Origin: Octopus vulgaris
Lineage: Eukaryota
Direction: 5' to 3'
DNA: 64,000 bases
Assembly: GCA_951406725.2 (NCBI GenBank)
Contig: OX597814.1
Coordinates: 107,446,001 to 107,510,000 of the forward strand
Of the stretch, positions 1-14,090 are shown one piece after another. Positions within the stretch are counted from its first letter, which is position 1. Every line of letters begins with the position of its first letter. Under the pieces are notes generated by a model that saw only the letters and a program-made list of their open reading frames with translations, did not search any database and was not told where the DNA came from. The translations under genes and the position numbers were made by a program.

Positions 1-3000
1 TTTGTTCATACCGTGGGAACATATCAATATTAATGTTCTTTTCGGCTGTTACTAATATATATATATTTTTTTTTTGTCCCCCCGTCAAGAGTTTTCTTAA
101 AAGATGTGCATTATATTATTGGACAGGGCGCAACACGCGATTCAGCCGATTGCATTTTATTGGATTGAATTACAGCAACAAAGGTGGGTATTTTTTCTCT
201 GCGTTTAGTGAAACCTAATTTTAATTACGCACTTGTTCAGCCGCCACCGCAACAACGAACGGAGTTTCGTATGAAATTACGTCGTTTTAAATTAAGGCGT
301 GTTTGGCAAAACTGAATCACAGAAACAGAACAAACAACCAAAGTTTCAGACAACACATGCAGACAATTATGAAGAAGAGCAGGACTTCAAGTTGATTCAG
401 ATTTCAAACAATGCCTTACAGAATTAATAAAAATTCTCTCTTTTTTTTGTTTAATTAGCATCATACTTATAGTTTCTGTTTGTTTGTTTGTTACCTGATT
501 GTACGGAAAAAACAACAAAAAGTTGGAATACAACTAAAAATTTATTCTAAACTTGATAAAAAAATTATTTTTTGAATTTATATACTTCTTCGTAATAAAT
601 TTATAATAAATTAAACATTTTTTTTAAAAGACATAATATTTGTCTTCGTACTCCCAAAAGCTCTAATTCCGCAATGAGATCACATTATCACATCGGGTCA
701 GTAAAACCACTTATTTTTATATTTTCAAAATCTTTCATATAATCGAAATCTTCTCGTAACATCAATAGACAGACAAAGAATTCAGTTTGATCATTTAATA
801 AACCTAGAATATCAATGTAACTTGTTTACTATGAACTGAAGCGCTTAGCGACAAGAAGTAAAATGAAACCGTTGAAATTAAGTTTGAAAAATATTTAAGT
901 TTCCTTTTGGGGAAAATTTTCACTCTTAGCTTTTATCTGTATCTTGAAGTAAATCATGGGACGTACAATGAAATTACATAACAGTAATCTAATTAATATC
1001 ATTTGCTTGGAGGTTATGTAATTGTTTACGGAAAGTTTTTCAGGCAAAACAAAGAAGTATCCATGTACCCATGACCTGCTAGTTTTAACCAAAACTAAAT
1101 CGATACCTTACTATGTATAGAATGAGAGAAATAACTTGTTTATATATATATGTATGTGTGTGTCTGTAAATATATAAATGGACGAGATTGTTAATAGTTG
1201 AAGGTCTCTGATATTAAGGCAGCTCGATGAAGACTGACTAATTAAATTAAACCAGGTCAAAACTTCGTAAGTTTCAGAATATGAAAAAAAAGCGGACACG
1301 TCAAAAGCCAGGCATATTTTAAGTAAAATGAACTGAATTCATATTCGACGTTACAATTAAATTAAAAACAACAAAGGAAAGTATTTGGTATGCTAGTTTT
1401 ATATATAAAATATGAGTATATATACACACACACACATATATATATATTTACAAAGTGTCGTCATAAAATGACGGAAAGACTTCCTCCTCCCATTTTCTGG
1501 CAAATTGTTTTTTTATTATATTTTTACCAAAAACCCACTTTTTCGGATACGGAGATTTCGGGAAATTGCCAAAAGTCGGAAGTTTGAAATCCCCATCCCC
1601 AATTTCTTTTTTCACTTTTTTTCGTAACCCTAAAACCCCAATCCTAGCCAAACATTTTTAGAAATTTCTTTCAGAATCATAATCTTCGTATTTTTCCACA
1701 TATTTTGAGAGAAAAAAAAATTCTTAAAGTTAAAAATGAAGAATTTAGCGGGGTTAGGGTAATTTCAAAATGCCTATTTTTGCCAGTTTTTTTGCAGATT
1801 AGTATTCTCCATAGCCGAAAACGGGGGTTTTGTGTAGGAAAATTTTTTTTTTTTTAAAGGGGTGTTTTTGGGGAGGTACAAAAGGAAGTGCTGCCATGTC
1901 GACAATTCTATTCCTATAGAAAATTGAATTTTCACCATTGTGACAGGGATTTTACAATTTTTTTTCCCTCACCACACATTTCAAAACTATGGTGGGAAGC
2001 TTTTCATGAAAATATTTTTGAAAAATATTTTTTTTTATCTGCTGCCCGCCACCCCTTCCTGGGGGTCCTTAGGACAGACTTTTTCAAACTTTTTCCTTGC
2101 ACTGGAAAAAAAAATCCATCATCGTAAAAGCACCACCACCCCTACCAGCAGGCATACATACATAATGAGGGAAATAACTTGAATGTTTTCCTTTGTAAGT
2201 CATGTGTTTATACCTACACAACCACACTAGCAAGAATATACACCATAACATTATTACTGTTGATGCCAGTGCCACCTGACTGGCCCATGTTGGTGGCATA
2301 TAAAAAGCACCCACTACACTCTTATGGTGGTTGGTGTTAGAAAGGGCATCCAGCAGTAGAAACCTTGCCAGATCAGATTGGAGCCTGGTGCATCCTCCTG
2401 GCTTGCCAGTCCTTAAACATACCGTCCAACCCATGCCAGCATGAAAAGTGGATGTTAATCGATGATGACGAAGGTGATGGCCTGCCACAATTGTTAGCAG
2501 CATTTCGTCCCTCTTTTACATTCTGGGTTCAAAGTGTTGCTAAGGTCAATAAAATAGTCCCACTTGAGCATTGGGGTTGATTTGATCTATTTGGTTCCTG
2601 TCCTACAATTGCTGGTTCTTGTGCCGAAATTGGAAACCAACATTATACTTATTGATATTATTCATTTGTGAAATCTGAAGGAAATAAAAAAATCTGATAG
2701 AAAGAAAAACAAAGTTTACATTAGGCGCTTGGTTCCGCGTTCAGTCCCACTGTGTAGCACCTTGGACAAGTGTCTTCTACTATAGCCTTGGGCCGACCAA
2801 AGCCTTGTGAGAGGATTTGGTAGATGGAAACTAAAAGAAACTGATTGCACATATATATGTGTGTGTTTGTCCCCACCCTGTAACTTAGTGATTCGGCAAA
2901 AGAGACCAATAGAATAAGTTCTGGGATCAATCTGTTTGACTAAAAGGTGATGCTCCAGCATGGCCACAGTAAAAATGACAAACAAGTAAAAGACAAAGTA

Positions 3001-3391
3001 AAATTGTGCTTTATTACACCAAACTTACACGTACCATTTTGTGTTGGAAAAATTCAGAAATACAGGGGGGAATAATCTTTTGCTATTGTTTAAAAAATTT
3101 GGGGGGGGGGGGGGGTAAAAAAAATTTAAACTTTTCGAAAGTTGTTTTTTTTTCTTCATAAAAAGCTGTCCACCCCAGCATTCTGAAGTGTTTGTGATTG
3201 AAAAAAAAAGTCCCTATGAAAATGTAGACCATCCAACTTATAAGGGCAACCTATTGCAAACGTCTGCCAAAGGAGCATCAAAAACAATGGGAGAAACCTC
3301 TGGTAAATGTCAGCAATCGGGTAAAAAATATTTGGACACACACAGAATTACAGTTGGAATGTCAAGATGGAAAATTATCTACACACATATA

Positions 3392-3422
<31 letters not shown>

Positions 3423-4399
3423 AATTATAAATTAGGGTATCTACAAGATACCACCATGCTGAAAATAGCAGCCATAAATTGTTCATATATCAACACAAGA
3501 GAGACAAGATGAAACTAGTAAAAAATTACTGGATAATTCTAGATCCGGATTTCTGACTCTGCATTTATGAATGCTTTGCCTCGTCAGTAGAATACACACA
3601 GAAGAGAAACATAAATATATATATATATAGGACATGCTAGCATAGAAAGCAGGCATTAAACGATGATGATATATATATATATTACACACAGGGTGGGGAA
3701 CCAAATCTTGGAAAATAATAGATAATTCACCAAATTATTTATTTTACAACAACCAGCAACCTGACAGATATAATTTTAACACAAGTTTATAGGGGTATAA
3801 AGAGACAATTTAGTCAGTGTGTCCGCCATCATTGTCCACCACATAAGATACAGAAAAATAGATATTTTAAATAAAATTTTCACAAATACTTTTCAAATGG
3901 TGTACATTACGATACTGCCAGTGACCCTGCATGGCAACAGTCTTTCGGCTGAAACACCGATCGTGGCCGTTTGCCAGCCTCGCCTGGCACGTAAAAAGCA
4001 CCCACTACACTCACGGAGTGGTTGGCATTAGGAAGGGCATCCAGCAGTAGAAACACTGCCAGATCAGACTGGCGTCTGGTGCAACCTCCTAGCTTCCCAG
4101 ACCCCAGTCGAACCATCCAACCCATGCTAGCATGGAAAATGGACATTAAACAATGAAGTTGGTACTTTTAAATGCCTTTACTCTAGCTCACAAACAGCAT
4201 TAAACTAATACATCTGTTTGTTGTTTACACACCCCTCTTTGTCTTTTCTTTTGTTTATTCTTTTGTAAATTTCAACTGTATATATATCCATACATATACA
4301 CACATACATCCATATATGTGTGTGTGTGTTCCAATTCCCCACATTGCTGTCATTAGCACAAAATCAGAAAAAAGCTCCCTGCAACAGTCAAAACCTGCC

Positions 4400-5400
4400 A
4401 CTACACTAACCTTTACATTTCTACTCAATGCACAAGGTGTCAATCCCTCCATCAATGCACAAAAATGGAAGATCCAATTCATTGAAGATTGGGTTGGTAA
4501 CCATCCACACCACATCCCTTTCTTCATTCTCACCGAGACCCACCTTGGCAACTCCCAATTGGAAGCCAAAATGAAAGTGAGGAATTTCACAACCATCCAT
4601 ACAGATCGAGTCAACAGAATGAAGAGTGGATCTGCCACTTTCTTGCACGATTCCTTTTCAGCAGATAGAAATATGACATTCTCCAATGGCTACTGTGAAT
4701 TGGTCATTATGCACGATCTTGATAGTAGTTGGGCTGTACAGGCCACCTCAAATACCCACACTGTGCTATAATGAATGCCTCAACGGCAATAAGTTCTCTA
4801 TTCAACAGTGCCATCCTAATAACATAATTATGATGGGAGATTTTAATCTACCATCTGTTGATTGGTCTACAAACAGTTTGAAACCAGGCACTCCCACCTC
4901 AGCTGCTGACAAAGAAGCGGTAGAGTAACTTCTTGACTTTATGAATGATTTTTTTCTTGTCCTTGCACCGAGATATCAGAACATTTTAGACTTTGCATTT
5001 AGTAAACTACACTAACACAATACACAAATATTTCAGCGGAAAAAACCCTTCTTTCAGACTATAACATAGTTCTCTGTAACCTGAGATTCCACCAACCCCC
5101 AAGGGACCTCTCTCCATCCCACCCAATTGATATCATGGATCTCTAATGATGCGGACTAGGATGCAATCATAAATGATCTTTCACACATACACACACCTCC
5201 TCCAGCATCAAAATAATTTGGCAGATCTTTGTAGACACTGTCACAAACATATGTGCTAAACACACCCCAACAAGACCTGTGAAGAAAACTAAGTGTAGAA
5301 TTCCCCAAAACAGAAAAATGATTATCAGAAAAATAAAAAGAACAAAGAAAAAAAAATTAACAAACTAAAATACTGCCAACAGCCACACATAAACTTGATG
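4400..5400 (+). mobile_element. Decayed CR1-group LINE APE endonuclease region
   Basis: LLNAQG, LTETHL, YRPP, MGDFNLP motifs with stops and frameshifts. Confidence 0.75.
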
Positions 5401-7721
5401 GCTATCACCCTGCACAAATCAATAAAATATAACTTCCAACAATGCACAAAGACCATCAGCCATCCGATTGCGCTCTAATTTGATATGTAGATAACGACGG
5501 TATCAGGGCGTGTATAAGTCTTGTTTTAATATTATAATTTTACTTGTTCCCCCCACACACACACAAACACTAACATGGTTTTTGTAAGGATTAAGGCTTT
5601 CGTATCATTCTTTCTCTCTCCAGTCCAAACTTCGTTACCACTAATTTTTATAACCTCAGCATCTTCACTTATTATTCTTTTCAAACTTGTTTGAATTTTC
5701 AATCTAATGTAATCCACATTCTAGAAATCGTATTTCTGCAAAATGTTATCTTAAAATATAAAGAAAAGGGGCTAATGCAGTTTCGCACTGCACCTTCAAA
5801 AACACATTTTTTTATACTCCCACACACTCCTCACCAGCGAACAAAAATTAGGGGTTTACAGCACATTAGGTATCCATAATGCATGTTGTTTGAAAGGTAT
5901 TTATATATAATGTCATTAAAAGATATTTATTTTCCTCAAAGTTTTGGTGAAAACCTCGGATCTTGCCAATTTTCCGAAGCCCTCTCCCCACCCGTAATGC
6001 TTTCCGCACGTTTATGTTTTCATATTCGTTTCCTACACATTTTTTTACACGCGTTGCACTATTTCTCCCCACGCCTCGTTTCCGGGTAATATTAACAGAC
6101 AAGTATGCTATTAAAATAAGTTCTCTTTTACATACCTTATTTAAATCACTGGATAAATGCTAGCAATGATCTGAAGGGGGGGCATTCACGGCCGGTTGGT
6201 TCTGGGTAGTAAAGAAGATGATAAATAAAGCAATTAAAATTTGAAGAGAAAAAATCTTTTTGTAGAATCGCAATATTCAGTGTTTAAATGGCAAACAACC
6301 GTAGAATTCTCCAAGAGAAAAACAAAAAACAATGAAAAGTTACCTGTTGCGAGCTCATTTCAAAACACCATAAAAAAAATTGACGGAGTGAGAACAATTG
6401 GAAGGGATAAGAAATGAAATAGAATTTACTTTAAGGAGTGATAGAGGGGAAAGAAAACGTTTTGGTAACTTAAAAAGGCATTTAAATACAAAACATCTTT
6501 AATTGAGCACGAAATAATAAATTAAAGAGAGAAAAAAAAAAAAGAAACGGTAAAGAGATCAAATTATCAAAAAATGAGGCATATTGTCACAGACGTACGT
6601 GATCCAAATTACATACGATAGATGGACAGGCAGACAGATAGATAGGTAGAGTGATAGACAGAGTCATAGATAGATGGATAAAGTATATTTTTTATAAACA
6701 AACCCAAATGGCTTTGGTAAGTTACAGAGAAGCTACTATGGAAGACTCAGTCTAATAATAACTATAATAATATATCATAATAGGTAAGCGTTGGTGATAA
6801 GAAGGGCAATCTAGCCATACAAAATTTGCATGGGAAAGTAGATGTTACGTGTGTGTATATATATCTGTATGATAATATATCATAATCATAATACTATGAG
6901 TTTTCCGTAGCAGCTTTCTCTCTGTAATTTTAAAAACCTTTCGGGTTTGTTTATAAAAAATATATGTTGTATTAGACAGTTTAAGTACATATATTAACCA
7001 GATTTGGCAGAGGTAAAGAATACGCACACCACCCGTTTTCGGCGGTTAGAGTTTGACTGAAATTGATGGATGAGCATTTGGCCAATCGGATTTGCAAGAA
7101 GCCGTGTAAGCGTCGATTTATGGGTTCGATTCAGCCTGAGGTTAGCTCATCATTTGTTTATATTTAAAAATTGTCGCTTCAGATCGGAGAATAAATAGTA
7201 TTATGATATACTGTTATACATATATATATATATTTACACATATGCGTGTGTGTATATAGATATTCACACTACTAGCAAACTTCTGTCGTCAGAAATGCCG
7301 ACAGTTCAATTAAGAATAGAAAATGGTACATCAAAACAATGAAAGAAAGCAATCGAATAAATATATATTTATACACACAGAACTGAAGCACTTGAAGAAT
7401 CAGAGACGGTCGCAACGTCTCGGTTGGAAATATGTTATGTGTTTATAATATTCTGAAAACAAAAGAGTTTAATATTTAATTCCATATCTCTATTTATATG
7501 TGTGTGAGAGAGAAAATCTGATAAACTAAATACAATTTACGATAAAAAAATTTGCAGTTTTATTTTGATAAAAATACTACTTACAGCAGAACTAAACTCT
7601 TCACTTACAGGTCGCTGGCTTTCAGCAGGTCTCTCACTATCACTCACATCCACTCCGTTGTTTTTTTCTACTAGTGTAACTAACGAAATACTAATTGCGT
7701 TTTATTTATTAAGAATAAGAC

Positions 7722-10640
7722 AGGGCGCCGAGCTGGCAGAAATGTTGGCACGCCGGGCGAAATGCTTAGCGGTGTTTCGTCTGCCGTTACGTTCTGAGTT
7801 CAAATTCCGCCGAGGACGATTTTGCCTTTCATCCTATCGGGGTCGATTAAATAAGTGCCAGTTACGCACTGGTGTCGATATAATCGACTTAATCCGTTTG
7901 TCTGTCCTCTCTGTGTTTAGCCATTTGTGAGTAGTAAAGAAATAGGTGTTTCGTCTGCCGCTACGTTCTGAGTTCAAATTCTGCCGAGATCGACTTTGCC
8001 GTTCATCCTTTCAGGGTCGATATAATTGACTTAATCCGTTTGTCTGTCCTTGTTTGTCCTCTCTGTTTAGCCCCTTGTGGGTAGTAAAGAAACAGGTGTT
8101 TCGTCTGCCGCTACGTTCTGAGTTCAAATTCTGCTTAGGTCGACTTTACCTTTCATCCTTTCGGGTTCGATTAAATAAGTGCCAGTTACGCACTGGTGTC
8201 GATATAATCGACTTAATCCGTTTGTCTGTCCTTGTTTGTCCTCTCTGTTTAGCCCCTTGTGGGTAGTAAAGAAACAGGTGTTTCGTCTGCCGCTACGTTC
8301 TGAGTTCAAATTCTGCTGAGGTCGACTTTACCTTTCATCCTTTCGGGTTCGATTAAATAAGTGCCAGTTACGCACTGGTGTCGATATAATCGACTTAATC
8401 CGTTTGTCTGTCCTTGTTTGTCCTCTCTGTTTAGCCCCTTGTGGGTAGTAAAGAAACAGGTGTTTCGTCTGCCGCTACGTTCTGAGTTCAAATTCTGCTG
8501 AGGTCGACTTTACCTTTCATCCTTTCGGGTTCGATTAAATAAGTGCCAGTTACGCACTGGTGTCGATATAATCGACTTAATCCGTTTGTCTGTCCTTGTT
8601 TGTCCTCTCTGTTTAGCCCCTTGTGGGTAGTAAAGAAACAGGTGTTTCGTCTGCCGCTACGTTCTGAGTTCAAATTCTGCTGAGGTCGACTTTACCTTTC
8701 ATCCTTTCGGGTTCGATTAAATAAGTGCCAGTTACGCACTGGTGTCGATATAATCGACTTAATCCGTTTGTCTGTCCTTGTTTGTCCTCTCTGTTTAGCC
8801 CCTTGTGGGTAGTAAAGAAACAGGTGTTTCGTCTGCCGCTACGTTCTGAGTTCAAATTCTGCTGAAGTCGACTTTACCTTTCATCCTTTCGGGTTCGATT
8901 AAATAAGTGCCAGTTACGCACTGGTGTCGATATAATCGACTTAATCCGTTTGTCTGTCCTTGTTTGTCCTCTCTGTTTAGCCATTTGTGGGTAGTAAAGA
9001 AGCAGGTGTTTCGTCTGCCGCTACGTTCTGAGTTCAAATTCTGCTGAGGTTGACTTTACCTTTCATCCTTTCGGGTTCGATTAAATAAGTGCCAGTTACG
9101 CACTGGTGTCGATATAATCGACTTAATCCGTTTGTCTGTCCTTGTTTGTCCTCTCTGTTTAGCCATTTGTGGGTAGTAAAGAAGCAGGTGTTTCGTCTGC
9201 CGCTACGTTCTGAGTTCAAATTCTGCTGAGGTTGACTTTACCTTTCATCCTTTCGGGTTCGATTAAATAAGTGCCAGTTACGCACTGGTGTCGATATAAT
9301 CGACTTAATCCGTTTGTCTGTCCTTGTTTGTCCTCTCTGTTTAGCCCCTTGTGGGTAGTAAAGAAACAGGTGTTTCGTCTGCCGCTACGTTCTGAGTTCA
9401 AATTCTGCTGAGGTCGACTTTACCTTTCATCCTTTCGGGTTCGATTAAATAAGTGCCAGTTACGCACTGGTGTCGATATAATCGACTTAATCCGTTTGTC
9501 TGTCCTTGTTTGTCCTCTCTGTTTAGCCCCTTGTGGGTAGTAAAGAAACAGGTGTTTCGTCTGCCGCTACGTTCTGAGTTCAAATTCTGCTGAGGTCGAC
9601 TTTACCTTTCATCCTTTCGGGTTCGATTAAATAAGTGCCAGTTACGCACTGGTGTCGATATAATCGACTTAATCCGTTTGTCTGTCCTTGTTTGTCCTCT
9701 CTGTTTAGCCCCTTGTGGGTAGTAAAGAAACAGGTGTTTCGTCTGCCGCTACGTTCTGAGTTCAAATTCTGCTGAGGTCGACTTTACCTTTCATCCTTTC
9801 GGGTTCGATTAAATAAGTGCCAGTTACGCACTGGTGTCGATATAATCGACTTGATCCATTTGTCCGTCCTTGTTTGTCCTCTCTGTTTAGCCCCTTGTGG
9901 GTAGTAAAGAAACAGGTGTTTCGTCTGCCGCTACGTTCTGAGTTCAAATTCTGCTGAGGTCGTCTTTATCTTTCATCCTTTCGGGTTCGATTAAATAAGT
10001 GCCAGTTACGCAATGGTGTCGATATAATCGACTTAATCCGATTGTCTCTCCTTGTTTGTCTTCTCTGTGTTTAGCCCCTTGTGGGTAGTAAAGAAACAGG
10101 TGTTTCGTCTGCCGCTACGTTCTGTGTTCAAATTCTGCTTAGGTCGACTTTACCTTTCATCCTTTCGGGTTCGATTAAATAAGTGCCAGTTACGCACTGG
10201 TGTCGATATAATCGACTTAATCCGATTGTCTGTCCTTGTTTGTCTTCTCTGTGTTTAGCCCCTTGTGGGTAGTAAAGAAACAGGTGTTTCGTCTGCCGCT
10301 ACGTTCTGAGTTCAAATTCTGCTGAGGTCGACTTTACCTTTCATCCTTTCGGGTTCGATTAAATAAGTGCCAGTTACGCACTGGTGTCGATATAATCGAC
10401 TTAATCCGTTTGTCTGTCCTTGTTTGTCCTCTCTGTTTAGCCCCTTGTGGGTAGTAAAGAAACAGGTGTTTCGTCTGCCGCTACGTTCTGAGTTCAAATT
10501 CTGCTGAGGTCGACTTTACCTTTCATCCTTTCGGGTTCGATTAAATAAGTACCAGTTACGCACTGGTGTCGATATAATCGACTTAATCCGTTTGTCTGTC
10601 CTTGTTTGTCCCCTCTGTGTGTAGCCTCTTGTAAAGAAAT
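7722..10640 (+). repeat. Tandem array of ~16 SINE-derived units, period 182 bp
   Basis: Near-identical 61-aa ORFs every 182 bp; unit matches dispersed SINE copies at 13295-13492 and 47548-47780; only the first unit has the full head. Confidence 0.97.
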
Positions 10641-10821
10641 AGGTATTTTGTCTGTCTTTACGTTCTGAGTCAAATTCCGCAGAGGTGGACTTAATCTTTC
10701 ATCCTATAAATTAAGTACCAGTTGCGTACTGGAGTCCACTGCCCCCCCCCCCCGGTCACTAAAAATTTCGGGTCTTGTGCCTAGAGTAGCAAAGAATCAT
10801 TAGCACGCTGGACAAAATACT

Positions 10822-11086
10822 GGTACTACTTAAAAGCGTACTCGCGTATCCGCCCTAGCTAGTCGTGACTAGTCGATCCCACAACGACTACCTAGCAAAA
10901 AAATGAAATACAAAATAATTTTTTTTTACATGAAGTAAATAATTTTTTAAAAACAAAGTAAATAAAACACAAAGTAAATATTTTTTTAACGAAGTAAAAA
11001 CAAAAACACAAAGGATCGACTAGTCACGACTAGCTAATGCGGATGCGCGAGTGCGCGCACCGGGACCACTCTTTTTAAGTGGTACC
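10822..11086. mobile_element. MITE with terminal inverted repeats and 9-bp target-site duplication, inserted in a SINE
   Basis: GGTACTACTTAAAA...TTTTAAGTGGTACC; internal inverted TAGCTAGTCGTGACTAGTCGATCC/GGATCGACTAGTCACGACTAGCTA; flanks CAAAATACT / CAAAATGCT. Confidence 0.8.
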
Positions 11087-12494
11087 CAAAATGCTTAGCA
11101 GCATTTCGCCCGTTGCTATGTTCTGAGTTCAAATTCCGCCGAGGTCGACTTTGCCTTTCGGGGTATATAATTTAAGTACCAGTTGCGTATTGAGGTCGAT
11201 CTAACCGACTGGCCCCCTCCTCCAAAATTTCGGGCCTTGTGCCTACAGTAGAAAGGATTATATGTGAAAAGATATATTTTAACAGACACACACACAACAC
11301 ACAAATGAGCACATATTTCGTGGAAGGCGTGAAAAAAAACGTTCCCTTGGAGACCACATGGCCGATCGCTACTCGAAATTCTCACGAAGAATTTTGGGCG
11401 TATATATGTTTGTGTCGGTGTTTGTCCCCACCCCCATCACCACCATCGCTTGACAATCGATGTTGGTGTATTTACATCCCCGTAACCTAGCAGTTCGGCA
11501 AACGAGACCGATAGAATAAGTACTGGGGTCGATTTGTTCAACTAAATGCAGTGCTCCAGCATGGCTGCAGCCAAATGACTAAAACAAATAAAAGAAAAAA
11601 AAAGAATAGTTTTTTTTTTTGTGAGGTGGGGTATTGACAGCAAATAAAAAATTGCCCTTGCGGTATTTTATAAAATAAATCATTGTGATTTATAAAATAT
11701 GGACATCTCTAAGTACTGGGAAATATTTAAGTTTTAGTGATGTCATTCGAAACAACTAGCATTACGCAAAAAAAAAAATTCCTTGGGGAAAAAGTTTTCA
11801 ATTAATACATCAAACTCTGACAATGAAAAAAAAAAAGAAAAACTACAGCAAGAAAGTTTTTAATAAGAATGTGAAATTCATATTTATAAAAAGAATAAAA
11901 CATATTTTCGGTTGCGAAAAGATAGGGTTTTTTCCAAAGTTTAATAAACAAAAAACACCCGGAATTTTTATTCGTTTTGTCACGTTGATGTTTAATTATT
12001 ATGGCAAATTAATAATATCTACAAACTCTCTACAATAGATTTACAGAATCATTAGCGATCCAAGAAAACAAAGCGATTTGCAATTTTAAAAAGTAAAAAG
12101 AAAACGATATCAGTTAGAAGCAATCAAAGCAAAATCCAGTTAATAATAATTAGTAAATATAATTTAAAGAGACTTTACCTTCTTTACCCCGCCTCGATGT
12201 TTTGTCTCTTCTGAATACGAGAAATACTTATTCGTCCGATAGATTTGTGTAGTAAATTTTTTGCTCCCTTTTTAGTGGTAAAAAAACTTTTTTTTAGTCA
12301 CAAGAAATCATTTAATGCGTTTTTGTATGGTAACGGATGAATAACAAGATTAATAATTAAATCACTGAAGTCAAACAGAAAATATCCGAAATCGCTCTTA
12401 AAGTACTACTTAAAGGGGATAAAAAGCATATTGATTACGCAATCCTAAATGATGTAATAAGTCTGAAATGAAAATAAAGGAATGTTCGAGAATG

Positions 12495-12550
12495 AATGAG
12501 TGACGTCTAGTGATTGGTTAATGTGGGCCACACCTTTTGCTATTAAACGT
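12495..12550. promoter_or_regulatory. Candidate bidirectional Pol II promoter
   Basis: TGACGT (CRE-like) at ~12501, inverted CCAAT (TGATTGGTT) at ~12511, TATTAAA at 12541; unique sequence with outward-facing donor-like sites at ~12178 (-) and 12961 (+). Confidence 0.35.
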
Positions 12551-13294
12551 GTCGAGGACAGGTTTGTTGATGTGAGATTTAAATCACTTTGCTACTAATA
12601 AAGAAAAAATAATGATAACAAAAAGGACGCACCTGGTCCTTGTTGGGATAGTTTTGGTCCCAAGTATATTGACCAGGGCGAAAGTGGGGCATAAGCAATT
12701 CATTACATGCATCGGTTTTATGCGTGCGTGGGTGGAATTGTGAGCGACAATAATCTCTGTCCTCGGTGATGATTACAGACAAGTGAGTCGAAGTGACTGT
12801 TCAAGCGCATCTCCCTTGCCACCCTTCCAGGGCAACGCTTTTTCCCATTTTTTCAGCTGGGACCACCAGGCTCATTCACAAGTCTTACGCCTCTTAAATA
12901 TAATGTCTATAAGCTCAACATTCTACACCTGCAAATTATTTTGAAGATGTCTCCTACATTGTAAGTTACTGCTTGAAAATATCTTCATAGTAGTAACTAC
13001 ATCTAAACATTATCTCCTTACTAACACAATTGCTTTAACCGGATGTTATGTTTGCAACATAGTATTTTTATTGTATGTGTCATCACTCTTAACAAAACAA
13101 AACGAAATAGAAGCAATAGTATTTGCTACGGCAAGCTTGTGAATGCATAAATACGATTATTATAGGAGGTGGGGAATTAGTAACCGGGGTAACAAAAAGT
13201 AATTTCTGATTTCTCGTTATTTTCTCCTTACCTGTTTGAAATGATTACATTGCATTATTGCGTCGTCATTTTGCATTGTTACATTATATTTATT

Positions 13295-13492
13295 TCTTTA
13301 CTACCCACAAGGGGCTAAACATAGAGGGGACAAACAAGGACAGACAAACGGATTAAGTCGATTATATCGACCCCAAGCGTAACTGGTACTTAATTCATCG
13401 ACCCCGAAAGGATGAAAGGCAAAGTCGATCTCGGCGGAATTTGAACTCAGAACGTAACAGCGTGCTAACGTTTCTGCCAGCTTGCCGCCTTC
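13295..13492 (-). mobile_element. Dispersed tRNA-derived SINE of the array family (others near 10640-11260, 38335-38850, 47548-47780)
   Basis: GAGTTCAAATTCC B box; central GCCTTTCATCCTTTCGGGGTCGAT..TAAGTACCAG block resembling the Meta-SINE domain (from memory). Confidence 0.8.
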
Positions 13493-13674
13493 TTGCATTG
13501 TTTCATTATAGTTAGGAGTAAAAATTGGTCGGCATCGTTGTTGTTGTTGAAGCTGAGGGAGTCCAAAATATAATGAGGTCCTCTTTCTTCAAGAAATCTT
13601 CCCTCAGCTTTTTCACCCGATTGTAATTGAGATTACTAATAAAATAGGTAAAATTACAGATTATCACCCCCACG

Positions 13675-14090
13675 ATTTTCACTAAGAAAAAAAAAAAAAA
13701 AACTCGGATTTTTTGCGTGGAATCAAATACCCTGACCTCCTAATATGCTGCAAATCCCATATTTTGGTCCGGAATTCCTCCGGAAAGGGGGGGGTATTAC
13801 CCCCCCCCCCGGAATTTTCACAAGGAAAAAAAAAAAAAAATCAGATTTCTAGCGTGGAATCAAGTACCCTGACCTCCTAATATGCTGCAAATCCCATATT
13901 TTGGTCCGGAAAGGGGGGGTAACACCCCCCCCTGGAATTTTCACAAGAAAAAAAAAAAAATCAGATTTTTTGGCGTGGAATCAAGTACCCTGACCTCCTA
14001 ATATGCTGCAAATCCCATATTTTGGTCCGGAATTGCTCCGGAAAGGGGGGGTAACCCCCTCCCCCGGAATTTTCACAAGGAAAAAAAAAT
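13675..14090. repeat. Three tandem ~120-bp units with G-run/C-run hairpins
   Basis: GGAATCAAGTACCCTGACCTCCTAATATGCTGCAAATCCCATATTTTGGTCCGG repeated near 13719, 13856 and 13977. Confidence 0.9.

Noticed and set aside
5532-6358. Minus-strand coding exons (ATG AGC TCG CAA CAG|GT at 6358-6344; 66-nt segment 6201-6136; ORF 5532-5717)
   Set aside because: Splice-like signals exist, but the joined frames hit stops and no protein family is recognisable; could be UTR exons of an unseen gene
8124-10497. Repeated 61-aa ORF or CRISPR-like array
   Set aside because: Units are contiguous with no unique spacers and match a dispersed SINE; eukaryotic context, no cas genes
12600-12880. RNase MRP, SRP, Y or 7SK RNA identity
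   Set aside because: Only short resemblances (ACCAGGCTCATTC, GACCACCAGG, CTGGTCC..TTGACCAG); the other conserved elements are missing
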